Positions 1-8,128 of a stretch of 64,000 nucleotides of DNA are shown here, piece by piece (the first letter of the stretch is position 1; every line of letters begins with the position of its first letter). This stretch comes from Omnitrophica WOR_2 bacterium GWF2_43_52. Its GTDB lineage: Bacteria; Omnitrophota; Gorgyraeia; Gygaellales; UBA12090. Where the stretch lies: the NCBI GenBank assembly GCA_001805445.1, contig MHGF01000035.1, positions 25,279 through 89,278 of the forward strand. Reading direction: 5' to 3'. Under the pieces are notes generated by a model. The model worked only from the letters and a program-made list of their open reading frames with translations, searched no databases and was not told where the DNA came from. The position numbers and the translations under genes are program-made.

Positions 1-102
1 GCATGAAAAAACAGTAAAAGATGAATCGTAAGGCCGGGTTCGCGCAGGGATATGGCTAAAAAACGTTGTAGATAATTGGCGAAGGGATAAAGCGGAAAAA
101 CC

Positions 103-969
103 ATGAAAAGATTATTCTCGGCGCTTACGCTGAGTATGGCGGTATTTTGCTCCTGCCTGTTACAGGAAGCGTCAGCGCAAAACTGGCAGGAATTAAAAAG
201 CGAACATTTTATTGTTTATTTCGAGCAGGATGAAAACTTTGCCAAGGAAGTTTCTTATAAAGCGGAAGTGTATTATCAAAGGATCGCCAGCGACTTAGGC
301 TATGCCCGGTATTCTAATTTCTGGACCTGGGATAATAGGGTTAAGATCTATATTTACAAGGAAAAAGAATCTTTTTTAAAGGCAACCAACCAGCCAACCT
401 GGAGTGAAGGCATGGCGGATTACCGGAATAAACAGATAGTAAGCTATGGCTGGAGCAAAGGTTTTGTGGAGTCGCTGCTTCCCCATGAAATGGCGCATCT
501 TATCTTCAGGGATTTCGTGGGATTTAAAGGCGAGGTCCCTCTCTGGCTTGATGAGGGCGTCGCGCAATGGGCGGAAGAAGCTAAGAGGAGTGAATATAAG
601 CAGTTGGCAAAGCAGTACCTAAGGCAGAATACCCTTCTTTCCTTAGATGATATGATGCGTGTTGATATACGTAATGTTAAAGAGGTGGATAAAGTCCACG
701 TGCGTTCAATCATCAAGAAAGACGGTGAAAGGCTGTTTTTATTTATCGGCGGAGAAAGCCTCGTTACCTTGTATTATTTAGAATCGGTAACGCTCATCGG
801 GTTTCTCATGGATAAGTACGGTTCGGTAAGTTTTGTAGACTTCTGCCGGCAGTTGCGGGATGGGAAATCTTTGCAGGATGCCTTAGGTGCCGCGTATTCT
901 ACCTATAGCATACGGACGCTTCAGGATTTAGAGGATCGATTGATTGAACATTTAGAGGAGGAAAAATGA
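103..969 (+). CDS. secreted putative zinc metallopeptidase (HExxH..E gluzincin-like motif)
   Basis: 288-aa ORF. N-terminal signal peptide MKRLFSALTLSMAVFCSCLLQEASA. HEMAH motif followed about 20 aa later by LDEG. Family not identified. Confidence 0.55.
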   Translation: MKRLFSALTLSMAVFCSCLLQEASAQNWQELKSEHFIVYFEQDENFAKEVSYKAEVYYQRIASDLGYARYSNFWTWDNRVKIYIYKEKESFLKATNQPTWSEGMADYRNKQIVSYGWSKGFVESLLPHEMAHLIFRDFVGFKGEVPLWLDEGVAQWAEEAKRSEYKQLAKQYLRQNTLLSLDDMMRVDIRNVKEVDKVHVRSIIKKDGERLFLFIGGESLVTLYYLESVTLIGFLMDKYGSVSFVDFCRQLRDGKSLQDALGAAYSTYSIRTLQDLEDRLIEHLEEEK

Positions 970-1454
970 AGGATATGGATATGTTGGTCAGCCGGTTAGC
1001 CGGTGAGCCAGTTAGCCGGCTGAACCCGTTCACCCGTTCACCCGCTCACCCGCTCACCAATAAAGGGTTTACCCTTATTGAACTGATGCTTGTTGTCATT
1101 ATTATTGGCGCTTTGGTGGCAATGGTAATGCCGAGGTTAACCGGACGAGGAGAACAGGCGCGTACGAGTGCCGCCAAGGCAGATATCCAGGCGAATATCG
1201 CTACCGCCCTTAAGCTTTATGAATTAGATAACGGTAATTTTCCGTCTTCTGATGAAGGGCTCAACGCGCTTTTAACGAAGCCTGCTTCATCTACTAACTG
1301 GAACGGCCCCTACTTGGAAAAAAGGCCCGTAGACCCTTGGAATAGGGAATATAAATATAAATGCCCCGGAGAGCACCGGATCGCGGATTATGATTTGTAT
1401 TCTTTAGGGAAAGACGGCACAGAGAGCACGGATGATATCAAGAATTGGGAGTAA
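966..1454 (+). CDS. gspG: type II secretion major pseudopilin GspG-like (prepilin)
   Basis: KGFTLIELMLVVIIIGALVA prepilin motif and C-terminal DPWNREYKY..PGEH..DYDLYSLGKDG, typical of GspG. The ORF starts at ATG 966, about 43 aa before the G|F cleavage site. No nearer in-frame start codon. Start overlaps the upstream gene (ATGA). Confidence 0.85.
   Translation: MKDMDMLVSRLAGEPVSRLNPFTRSPAHPLTNKGFTLIELMLVVIIIGALVAMVMPRLTGRGEQARTSAAKADIQANIATALKLYELDNGNFPSSDEGLNALLTKPASSTNWNGPYLEKRPVDPWNREYKYKCPGEHRIADYDLYSLGKDGTESTDDIKNWE
1025..1058 (+). repeat. 4x tandem octamer G[TC]TCACCC inside the pseudopilin N-terminal extension, preceded by inverted repeat CAGCCGG..CCGGCTG (989-1022)
   Basis: Read directly: gttcacccgttcacccgctcacccgctcacc. 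Confidence 0.8.
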
Positions 1455-1986
1455 AAAAATAGGGTATAGCCTAGAGCGTACAGCGTATAGTAAAGATAAA
1501 AAGAATTTTTATTCATGGCTATCCGCTAAACGCTATCACTTCGGCTTCGCTCAGTGCCCTACACCGAAGTGTCCTGAGCCTGTCGAAGGGCCGCTAACCG
1601 CTAAAAAGGGATTTACGCTTGTTGAGGTAATGGTTGCTACGGCAGTGTTATCACTGGGCATAGTCCTTCTCTATGAAGCCTTCTTTAAAATCACTGATGC
1701 CTTTGGTTACTATAACCATTATCTATCAGTTTCTCCTTTCGCGCGTGAAAAGATCTGGGCCGCGCAGGATGCCTTTTCCAAGTCGGGAGATCAGGCCTCA
1801 GTAGAAACAAGCGGAAAGTTTATTCAGAGGGGCAAGGATTTTAACTGGAATATATCGTATGGTTTACTTGATGAGACTCCTGATAGTTTTCTTTACAAGA
1901 TCGATCTGGTTATTGTTTGGAAGGAAGGCTTAAGAAAGGGAAAGCTCCTAAGGAGCGCGTATGCCTTTTATACAAAGAAGAAATAA
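1432..1986 (+). CDS. minor pseudopilin (GspI/H-like) with long N-terminal extension
   Basis: KKGFTLVEVMVATAVLSLGIVLL prepilin motif at codon ~56. Mature part is about 125 aa. ATG 1432 overlaps the previous gene end by 23 nt. The extension contains hairpin CACTTCGG..CCGAAGTG (1537-1571). Confidence 0.65.
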   Translation: MISRIGSKKIGYSLERTAYSKDKKNFYSWLSAKRYHFGFAQCPTPKCPEPVEGPLTAKKGFTLVEVMVATAVLSLGIVLLYEAFFKITDAFGYYNHYLSVSPFAREKIWAAQDAFSKSGDQASVETSGKFIQRGKDFNWNISYGLLDETPDSFLYKIDLVIVWKEGLRKGKLLRSAYAFYTKKK

Positions 1987-2815
1987 GATGTGTAGAGCGT
2001 ATAGTAAAACCAAGGATAGGCGTTCACCATTTCTATCTGCTAAAAAGGGGTTTCCTCCGACAGAAACTATAGCGCACACGGTAAAGAGCAAGAGGTTTTT
2101 TACGGGGCGTGCCCCGAACAAAACGTTGCTCTTGAATTCCTGGTTTTGTTCGGGGCGTGCCCCGACGGAAGCTGTCAAACAGTCTGGAAGGAGTAAGAGG
2201 CTTCCTACGGGGTTTACCCCAAACAAAACCTTGCTCCTTAATTCCAGGTTTTGTTCGGGGTTTACCCTTATTGAAATGCTGATTGTCGCCGTGACCTTTT
2301 CGGTTATTTCACTGGCACTCTATGCCAGCCTTAGTAACGGAATCAGAATATGGCAAAGAATATACAATAATGATGTGGCTCCAGAAGAGAGGGAAATTTT
2401 TCTGGATAGGTTTGCCCATGATTTAAGAAATAGTGGTTCTTTCCAAATGATTGATTTTCTGGGTGAAAAAGATTCGCTTACCTTTCAAACAATCGTCAAC
2501 AGCCGGCAATTGCAAAAGACAACGGTGGGAAAGGTTTCTTATGGCTTTAATCAACAAACAGCTACGCTGGACAGAGAAGAAGCCGATTTCTCGCGAGTAT
2601 GTGAGGGCAAGGATGGGGTCATCACGCATTCATTGAGTAATATCCGGTCGCTCGCATTCTACTATTACTATTACAGTAAGGAGGATAAGGAATATCTTTG
2701 GCTTGATGAGGCAGCCAGCGATATGCCGCTTGCCGTAAGAATGAAGATGGAATATTTAGATGAGCAAAAAAACGAAACTTTTGTTACAACAGTCGCTATC
2801 CCTGTTAGCGGATAG
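1961..2815 (+). CDS. minor pseudopilin (GspJ-like); conserved part begins at 2258 (GFTLIEMLIVAV)
   Basis: Prepilin motif SGFTLIEM at 2255-2278. The only in-frame ATG is at 1961, about 99 codons upstream, overlapping the previous gene end. The upstream 300 nt are repeat-rich but free of stops. Confidence 0.6.
   Translation: MPFIQRRNKMCRAYSKTKDRRSPFLSAKKGFPPTETIAHTVKSKRFFTGRAPNKTLLLNSWFCSGRAPTEAVKQSGRSKRLPTGFTPNKTLLLNSRFCSGFTLIEMLIVAVTFSVISLALYASLSNGIRIWQRIYNNDVAPEEREIFLDRFAHDLRNSGSFQMIDFLGEKDSLTFQTIVNSRQLQKTTVGKVSYGFNQQTATLDREEADFSRVCEGKDGVITHSLSNIRSLAFYYYYYSKEDKEYLWLDEAASDMPLAVRMKMEYLDEQKNETFVTTVAIPVSG
2104..2267 (+). repeat. two tandem ~60-bp palindromic units (GGGGCGTGCCCCGAACAAAAC-loop-GTTTTGTTCGGGGCGTGCCCC, and GGGGTTTACCCCAAACAAAAC-loop-GTTTTGTTCGGGGTTTACCC)
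   Basis: Read directly. Unit 2 ends in GGGTTTACCC, which is the GFT codons of the pseudopilin. A degenerate third copy AAAAAGGGGTTTCC lies at 2041-2058. Confidence 0.85.
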
Positions 2816-3812
2816 CCAAAGAGCCAGTATCGTCGTCATTGCCTTATGGACGTTGTGTTTGTTATCTGTATTTACGGTAACTTTAGGCTCCGGGGTAAGG
2901 CAAAAACTCGTACTTATCAAGCGGCTTGATGAGAGAGATCGGATGCGGGGGATACTTGATAGCGCAGTCAAAAAAGCAATCCTGCAGATTAAAAAAGAGG
3001 AGCAAAAAGGCGCTGATACCTTAGCTGATGGCTGGAGTACTGACGCGCCAGCATTTAAGGATATTCCCCTTGAAGACGGAGAGTTTTCGGTAGCATATCC
3101 GTATCAGGACGAAATTACAGGAAGCCTCACCATCCGTTACGGGCTTATTGATGAAGAGAGTAAAATTAACATCAATACCGCAAAGCGCGGTGTTCTGGAA
3201 CGGCTTTTTAGCATGGTGTTAGATATGAATGCCGTAGAATCCCAGGAATTAGCCGCGGCAATTGTTGATTGGCGGGATGCCGACAGCTTCTTATCTATTC
3301 CCTTAGGCAGCGCGGAGGACGCGTATTATAAGGGGTTATCGTATCCTTATGAAGCCAAGGACGCGGATTTTGAATCTTTGGATGAGGCCTTGTTAGTCAA
3401 AGGCATGCGCTCCGATATCTTTGAAAAGATAAAAAAATATATTACCGTTTACGGCCAGGCAAGAGTGAATATTAATACTACCTCTAAGATAGTGCTTTTG
3501 GCATTGGGGCTGAGCGAGAAGGTTGTTAATGATATCATGCTTTTTCGCGCGGGCCCTGACGGCGTTATGGGAACTAAGGACGATGGCGTATTTGATGGAG
3601 AGGTTTCTATCACTCAGAGGCTGAGCCAGCGCTATCCTTTAAGCGAAGCAGAGGCAGCTGAGCTTACCGTGGTTTCAGAGTATTATCTGACGACATATTC
3701 TAGCGCTTTCATGGCGCAGGCATCTGCTTGGCTCCATAACCGTAAGTATAGCGGTTCTGTCGTTTCAGTGATCAACCGGCAGGGTAAAATTTTATATTGG
3801 CATGAAGTTTAG
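2760..3812 (+). CDS. gspK: minor pseudopilin GspK-like
   Basis: 350 aa. N-terminal QRASIVVIALWTLCLLSVFTV hydrophobic segment like GspK. Size and position after the G/I/J-like genes. Overlaps the upstream gene end. Confidence 0.55.
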   Translation: MSKKTKLLLQQSLSLLADSQRASIVVIALWTLCLLSVFTVTLGSGVRQKLVLIKRLDERDRMRGILDSAVKKAILQIKKEEQKGADTLADGWSTDAPAFKDIPLEDGEFSVAYPYQDEITGSLTIRYGLIDEESKININTAKRGVLERLFSMVLDMNAVESQELAAAIVDWRDADSFLSIPLGSAEDAYYKGLSYPYEAKDADFESLDEALLVKGMRSDIFEKIKKYITVYGQARVNINTTSKIVLLALGLSEKVVNDIMLFRAGPDGVMGTKDDGVFDGEVSITQRLSQRYPLSEAEAAELTVVSEYYLTTYSSAFMAQASAWLHNRKYSGSVVSVINRQGKILYWHEV

Positions 3813-4069
3813 ATAGTTTCTTAAGTTTATTGCAGCTTTTGAGTTAAAGATAAAATATGGTTTTTAATGAACCTGTGTTTTTAGATACACTGATTCAGAC
3901 GGATGGTTACGGATGCCGCGGATAAAAATAATCTGTCTGCATCCGCTAAAATCCGTTTGCATTCGTGTTATTGAATCAATGCGCGAAAATCTATCAGAAC
4001 TTATTGGTAAACAAAGCATTACAAAAAATGCTTGCAAAAAATCCGGGAAAGCTTCGAAGTTTAACTATT

Positions 4070-5554
4070 ATGTTTAAGAATATAGTAAAAATGATTCCCT
4101 TTTCCTTTACGCCTGCTATCGGCGATTCTATAGGAATATCCCTTACGAGTACTACCCTTAAGCTTGTCCATATTCAGAGCGGCTTCAATAAAATAGAATT
4201 ATCTCATATCGCCTCTCATACGGTTACCGCTATGGCCGAGGGCGATATCTCGAAGCTCCTTGCAACGTCTTTTAATGAGATGAAGACCCGCCACGCGCAG
4301 GCCATAACGATTATTCCAAGCCACGCGGTGATTACCAAGAATATTGAGATTCCCTCAACCGACCCCCGGGAGATACGAGAGATTATTAATCTGCAGGCAG
4401 GCAGGCATACCCCCTATTCGCGGGAAGAGATTATCGTTGATTATATTGAATTAGGCACGTATAAAGGCAGCTATACGAAGATTCTCCTGGTGATTGTGAC
4501 TGCTGCCTCTGTGAAGAAGCTGCTTGATATAATTGCTAAAGCGGGGATTAAACAGGAAAGGGTTGTTTTTGCCATGGAAGGCATTGCCTGTTTTGCGCAA
4601 AAATTCCTTCAGATAGATTCGACCCATAATCCGGTTACCCTCATCCATGTGGATGAGAGTTTTACCGATTTCGCGGTTATTTTTAGGCATAAACCCGTGT
4701 TTCTAAGAAGTATTCCGCTCGGGGCCCAACATATCGCGGGCGAAAAAGAAAAATACGAGGCGCAATTTGTCGAGGAACTTAAAAAATCGCTTGAGGCATA
4801 TCAGAGTGAAGATATTGAAAGGATACCGCAAACAATTGTACTTGCCGGCGCGGTTGACGAGTTAAGCGGCTGGGAGGCTATTTTGGAGGCGACGTTCCAT
4901 TACCCCGTTAAGCGCATCCCTTCTTTTAAGAATATCGCCATTGCCCCGGCAGCGTTTCATAAGGTATCATCGCTTCCTCACAGGGTATCATTTATAGATG
5001 TCATCGCACCTTTAGTGGCGCAGGCGGAGACTAAGGTTGAGCTTATCCCTGATGATATCAAGGTGAGGTTTGCTTTAGAGGCCCGCGGCAGAGAGTTAAT
5101 GAAAACAGGGGTATTGACATTTGCCGCCTTCATTTTGATTTTTTTTCTTATGTTAAGTATGCTGTATTTTAAAAGCAGCGACTTAAAAAAGCTGGATATG
5201 AAGTATCAGGCCTTTACCCAAGAGGCAGCCGCGTTAAAGAAAGACTTTGATAAAAACAATCTTATTGAAAGTTACGTTAAGAACCACGGTTATTCCGTTG
5301 AGCTGCTTACCGGCCTTTATGAGCTTGTGCCGCTGGAGGTGGCATTACAGGATATCAGGTTTGAAAAACAAGGGAAATTACAGTTACGCGGCATCGCGGA
5401 ATCAATGTCCGCGGTTTTTTTGCTTTCGGATACTTTGAAGAAATCAAAATATTTTACCGATATACGAATAGGCTCAACCTCGCGAAGGAAAGAGGATGCC
5501 AAGGATGTTACCGATTTTGAGATAACGGCTTCTTTTGGCAAGATTCCTGAATGA
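4070..5554 (+). CDS. T2SS/T4P assembly protein, GspL or fused PilM-PilN-like (bitopic)
   Basis: ORF 3965..5554. The likely start is ATG 4070 or 4091. About 340-aa cytoplasmic part, single TM segment VLTFAAFILIFFLMLSMLYF, and about 130-aa periplasmic coiled-coil-like C-terminus. Follows the pseudopilin genes. Confidence 0.5.
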   Translation: MFKNIVKMIPFSFTPAIGDSIGISLTSTTLKLVHIQSGFNKIELSHIASHTVTAMAEGDISKLLATSFNEMKTRHAQAITIIPSHAVITKNIEIPSTDPREIREIINLQAGRHTPYSREEIIVDYIELGTYKGSYTKILLVIVTAASVKKLLDIIAKAGIKQERVVFAMEGIACFAQKFLQIDSTHNPVTLIHVDESFTDFAVIFRHKPVFLRSIPLGAQHIAGEKEKYEAQFVEELKKSLEAYQSEDIERIPQTIVLAGAVDELSGWEAILEATFHYPVKRIPSFKNIAIAPAAFHKVSSLPHRVSFIDVIAPLVAQAETKVELIPDDIKVRFALEARGRELMKTGVLTFAAFILIFFLMLSMLYFKSSDLKKLDMKYQAFTQEAAALKKDFDKNNLIESYVKNHGYSVELLTGLYELVPLEVALQDIRFEKQGKLQLRGIAESMSAVFLLSDTLKKSKYFTDIRIGSTSRRKEDAKDVTDFEITASFGKIPE

Positions 5555-5603
5555 GGATACTGTTGTTACGCTGACCGCGCCTTCGCCACTAGGAGGTTTC
5601 CCG

Positions 5604-6173
5604 ATGATTTTAAGCATGGTTAAGATACAATCGCTCTACGCTGTTATCGCGCGTTTATCCAAAAGAGAAAAGCTTGTTCTCTATGGCGCGGCCTTTTTTG
5701 TGTCACTTACGGTGCTCGATAGGCTGGTTGTGTCCGCGGTCATTGGGAAGATGAGGCATCTTGATGCTCAGATAAAGGAAAAAACAGACGCGGCCAGGGA
5801 GAACCTCAAGCTTTTGGCGCGCAAAGAAAGAATTATCGCTGAGACCAAAAAATACGCCTCTTTTTTAAATAACGAACAATCCAGAGAAGAGTTGGTTACC
5901 TCGGTTTTAAAGGAAGTTGAAGACTTGGCAAACAAAAGCCAGGTCTATCTTATTGATATAAAGCCCGCGGGCTTTAAGGACAGCGGGAGTATCCGGGAAT
6001 ATACCATCAGCCTTAATTGCGAAGCGCAGATGGGGCAGCTTGTTGAATTTATGTATAGTATTGAGAAATCCTCACTTTTATTATCTATCGATAAATATCA
6101 GCTAAGTCCCAAAGCCAAAGAATCAAGCCTGGCTCGATGCAGCATGAGTGTGTCTAAAATCACGCTGCGTTAA
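5604..6173 (+). CDS. GspM/PilO-like bitopic assembly protein
   Basis: ATG 5604 sits 7 nt downstream of AGGAGG (5591-5596). TM segment LVLYGAAFFVSLTVL followed by a periplasmic domain. Follows the GspL-like gene. Confidence 0.45.
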   Translation: MILSMVKIQSLYAVIARLSKREKLVLYGAAFFVSLTVLDRLVVSAVIGKMRHLDAQIKEKTDAARENLKLLARKERIIAETKKYASFLNNEQSREELVTSVLKEVEDLANKSQVYLIDIKPAGFKDSGSIREYTISLNCEAQMGQLVEFMYSIEKSSLLLSIDKYQLSPKAKESSLARCSMSVSKITLR

Positions 6174-6344
6174 ACCCTGCCTTTGCAGTAGCCTCATGAG
6201 CGCAGAGCGCGAAACATATTCTTTCGCTTACTCATTAAGCCATTGGTAAGGCTTTTCATTTTAGTTTTGATACAGTAAAGCGAAATTATTTGGAATGGGT
6301 CAGTTATTGGGGGAGGGTAAAAACGGGTCCTGCCAAGGTTATGT

Positions 6345-6460
6345 TTTCGCAGGGACGTTCGGTCTGCTCCTGCGGCAGACCTCACTCGGCGTAAATTTTT
6401 GCGCCCGCCACCGAAGTAATGGCGGGGCCAAGCCGCAAAAATTTCCGTACGCCCTGCTCA
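6345..6460 (+). other. compound stem-loop element (nested hairpins GGTCTGC/GCAGACC; GGCGTAAATTTTTGCG..CGCAAAAATTTCCGTACGCC enclosing CCCGCCA/TGGCGGG)
   Basis: Inverted repeats read directly. Lies between the gspM-like stop and promoter P1. Confidence 0.6.
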
Positions 6461-6526
6461 AACACAACCTCGTCACCCATTTTTATCCCCGTTTAGTGAC
6501 CGATTACAATTATTTTTAAAAAAAAC

Positions 6527-6554
6527 TTGACAAGAATTCTTTTTTCGTTATACT
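6527..6554 (+). promoter_or_regulatory. sigma70-like promoter P1 (TTGACA-16nt-TATACT)
   Basis: TTGACA 6527-6532 and TATACT 6549-6554. The spacer is T-rich. Near-identical to P2 at 44592. Confidence 0.6.
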
Positions 6555-6663
6555 TAGTAGTCTGTTATTGTTATCCCCAAATGATGGTTGTTCCGCGTAA
6601 CGTAGGTACGCTTCCCGAGGGGTAATAGTTTCTAGAAAAAGAGTGTTGGAAAATCAAAGGGAT

Positions 6664-6726
6664 TGGCAGAAGCAAGCGTAAAAAAAGATGAAGGCGCTCC
6701 TGCTAATGCCAGAGTGGTTTTTTTTC
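6664..6726 (+). terminator. imperfect hairpin plus T8 run (possible intrinsic terminator or attenuator) between P1 and tRNA-Thr
   Basis: TTGGCAGAAGCAAGCG..GCGCTCCTGCTAATGCCAG inverted repeat followed by GTGGTTTTTTTTCATTTT. Confidence 0.4.
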
Positions 6727-6797
6727 ATTTTCTGATGAGAGTCCTAAGACAAAACCTAGAGTAATGATCTTTAGGAAACAACGGACTTGAACCTGTT

Positions 6798-6870
6798 GCT
6801 GGAGTAGCTCAGTTGGTAGAGCACGTCCTTGGTAAGGACGGGGTCACGGGTTCAATTCCCGTCTCCAGCT
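6798..6870 (+). tRNA. tRNA-Thr (anticodon GGU)
   Basis: Cloverleaf found by eye: acceptor GCTGGAG/CTCCAGC, D arm GCTC-AGTTGGTA-GAGC, anticodon stem CGTCC/GGACG with loop TTGGTAA, T arm ACGGG-TTCAATT-CCCGT. Confidence 0.9.
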
Positions 6871-6951
6871 TGTAACCATGGCAAGAAGCGGATGTGAGAA
6901 ACGAATATTCGCTAATGATGCCATGCCCATAAGCATACCGTAGCGGCAAAC

Positions 6952-7101
6952 ATGCGTGAATTAATTACCTTAGAGTGCACAGGTTGTAAGAATCGTAATT
7001 ATACGGCAACGAGGAATAAGAAACTACATCAGGACAAGCTTGCCTTAAGCAAGTACTGCAAATTTTGCCATAAGCATACGGAGCATAAAGAAATTAAGTA
7101 A
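6952..7101 (+). CDS. rpmG: 50S ribosomal protein L33 (zinc-binding type)
   Basis: 49-aa ORF absent from the ORF track (<60 aa): [49 protein letters not shown], with C4 motif. Confidence 0.85.
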   Translation: MRELITLECTGCKNRNYTATRNKKLHQDKLALSKYCKFCHKHTEHKEIK

Positions 7102-7173
7102 GGAGTTACAATTCACTGCCGACGGCTAAGAGTGAGCGGCAAAGAAAGAAGTATCAGTAGCTGCGGCCCATTT

Positions 7174-7245
7174 TAGGAGCGTCGGTTAATGGCAAACCAC
7201 CGGTCTCCAAAACCGGGACTGCAGGTTCGAGCCCTGCCGCTCCTG
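7174..7245 (+). tRNA. tRNA-Trp (anticodon CCA)
   Basis: Acceptor AGGAGCG/CGCTCCT, D arm GGTT-AATGGCA-AACC, anticodon stem CCGGT/ACCGG with loop CTCCAAA, T arm GCAGG-TTCGAGC-CCTGC. Confidence 0.9.
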
Positions 7246-7335
7246 GTATTTATATTTCTCTACCGATAGGAAGCGCGCAGGTAAACCAAGATTTCGCGAT
7301 AGCTATATCTTGGTTTAAGGGGCGAAGTAAAACAT

Positions 7336-7599
7336 ATGGACTTTCTGATGCATAATATAGGTAAGATACTTTGCGCGCTCATCGGTATCATGCTCGCGGT
7401 AGCAGGTATTAAAAATTATAAAAAAATAAAAGTGTTTTTGTCAGAGGTGAAGGTGGAACTTTCCAAAGTTTCCTGGTCAACACGCCATGAGCTCTTTGGA
7501 GCAACAAGTGTAGTGATAAGCGCAACCTTTATTTTGGCTCTCTATATAGGAATAGTAGATTTTTCATTGTCACGCCTTTTAACAGTATTGATAAAATGA
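7336..7599 (+). CDS. secE: preprotein translocase subunit SecE
   Basis: 87 aa. Single TM segment and motif KVSWSTRHEL. Position before nusG. Confidence 0.8.
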   Translation: MDFLMHNIGKILCALIGIMLAVAGIKNYKKIKVFLSEVKVELSKVSWSTRHELFGATSVVISATFILALYIGIVDFSLSRLLTVLIK

Positions 7600-8126
7600 C
7601 GAAGAAGTGGTACGTAGTGCATACCCAGACAGGCTTGGAAGATAAAGTTAAGCTTAACCTTGAAAAGCGCATAGCGGTGTCTGATGTTAAAGATTTGATG
7701 GGGCAGGTAATGATTCCTACTGAACAGGTTTCTGAAATACGCAGCGGCAAAAAAAGGGTTTCTCAGAGAAAATTTTTTCCTGGTTATTTGCTCGTTGAGA
7801 TGGAGTTGAATGAACGGACCTATTTGTTGGTAAAAACGACCCAGGGAGTAACCGGTTTTATTGGGTTGGGTAAGCAGCCTTCATCATTACCGGAAGAAGA
7901 AATAAAGAATATCCTGAAGAAATCGGAGGAGACCCACACCAAGCCCGCTCTCAAGGTCATATTCACCAAGGATGAGCAGGTCAGGGTGATTGAAGGCCCC
8001 TTCGTCAACTTTAACGGGACCATTGAAGAAGTCCGTCCGGAAAAGGGTAAATTAAAAGTAGCGGTTTCCATTTTTGGAAGGGCTACTCTTGTTGAGCTGG
8101 AATATTGGCAGGTGGAGAAAATATAG
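7596..8126 (+). CDS. nusG: transcription termination/antitermination factor NusG
   Basis: N-terminal [14 protein letters not shown] and a KOW motif near the C-terminus. Confidence 0.95.
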   Translation: MTKKWYVVHTQTGLEDKVKLNLEKRIAVSDVKDLMGQVMIPTEQVSEIRSGKKRVSQRKFFPGYLLVEMELNERTYLLVKTTQGVTGFIGLGKQPSSLPEEEIKNILKKSEETHTKPALKVIFTKDEQVRVIEGPFVNFNGTIEEVRPEKGKLKVAVSIFGRATLVELEYWQVEKI

Positions 8127-8128
8127 CG

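Noticed and set aside
376-716. Minus-strand ORFs 376..567 and 444..716 inside the metallopeptidase gene
   Set aside because: Fully embedded antisense shadows of a well-supported + strand CDS. Low-complexity translations.
6194-6519. ORFs 6194..6385 (-) and 6295..6519 (+)
   Set aside because: They overlap the nested hairpin element. Translations are Gly/Arg/Pro-rich, as expected from GC-rich palindromes. No RBS.
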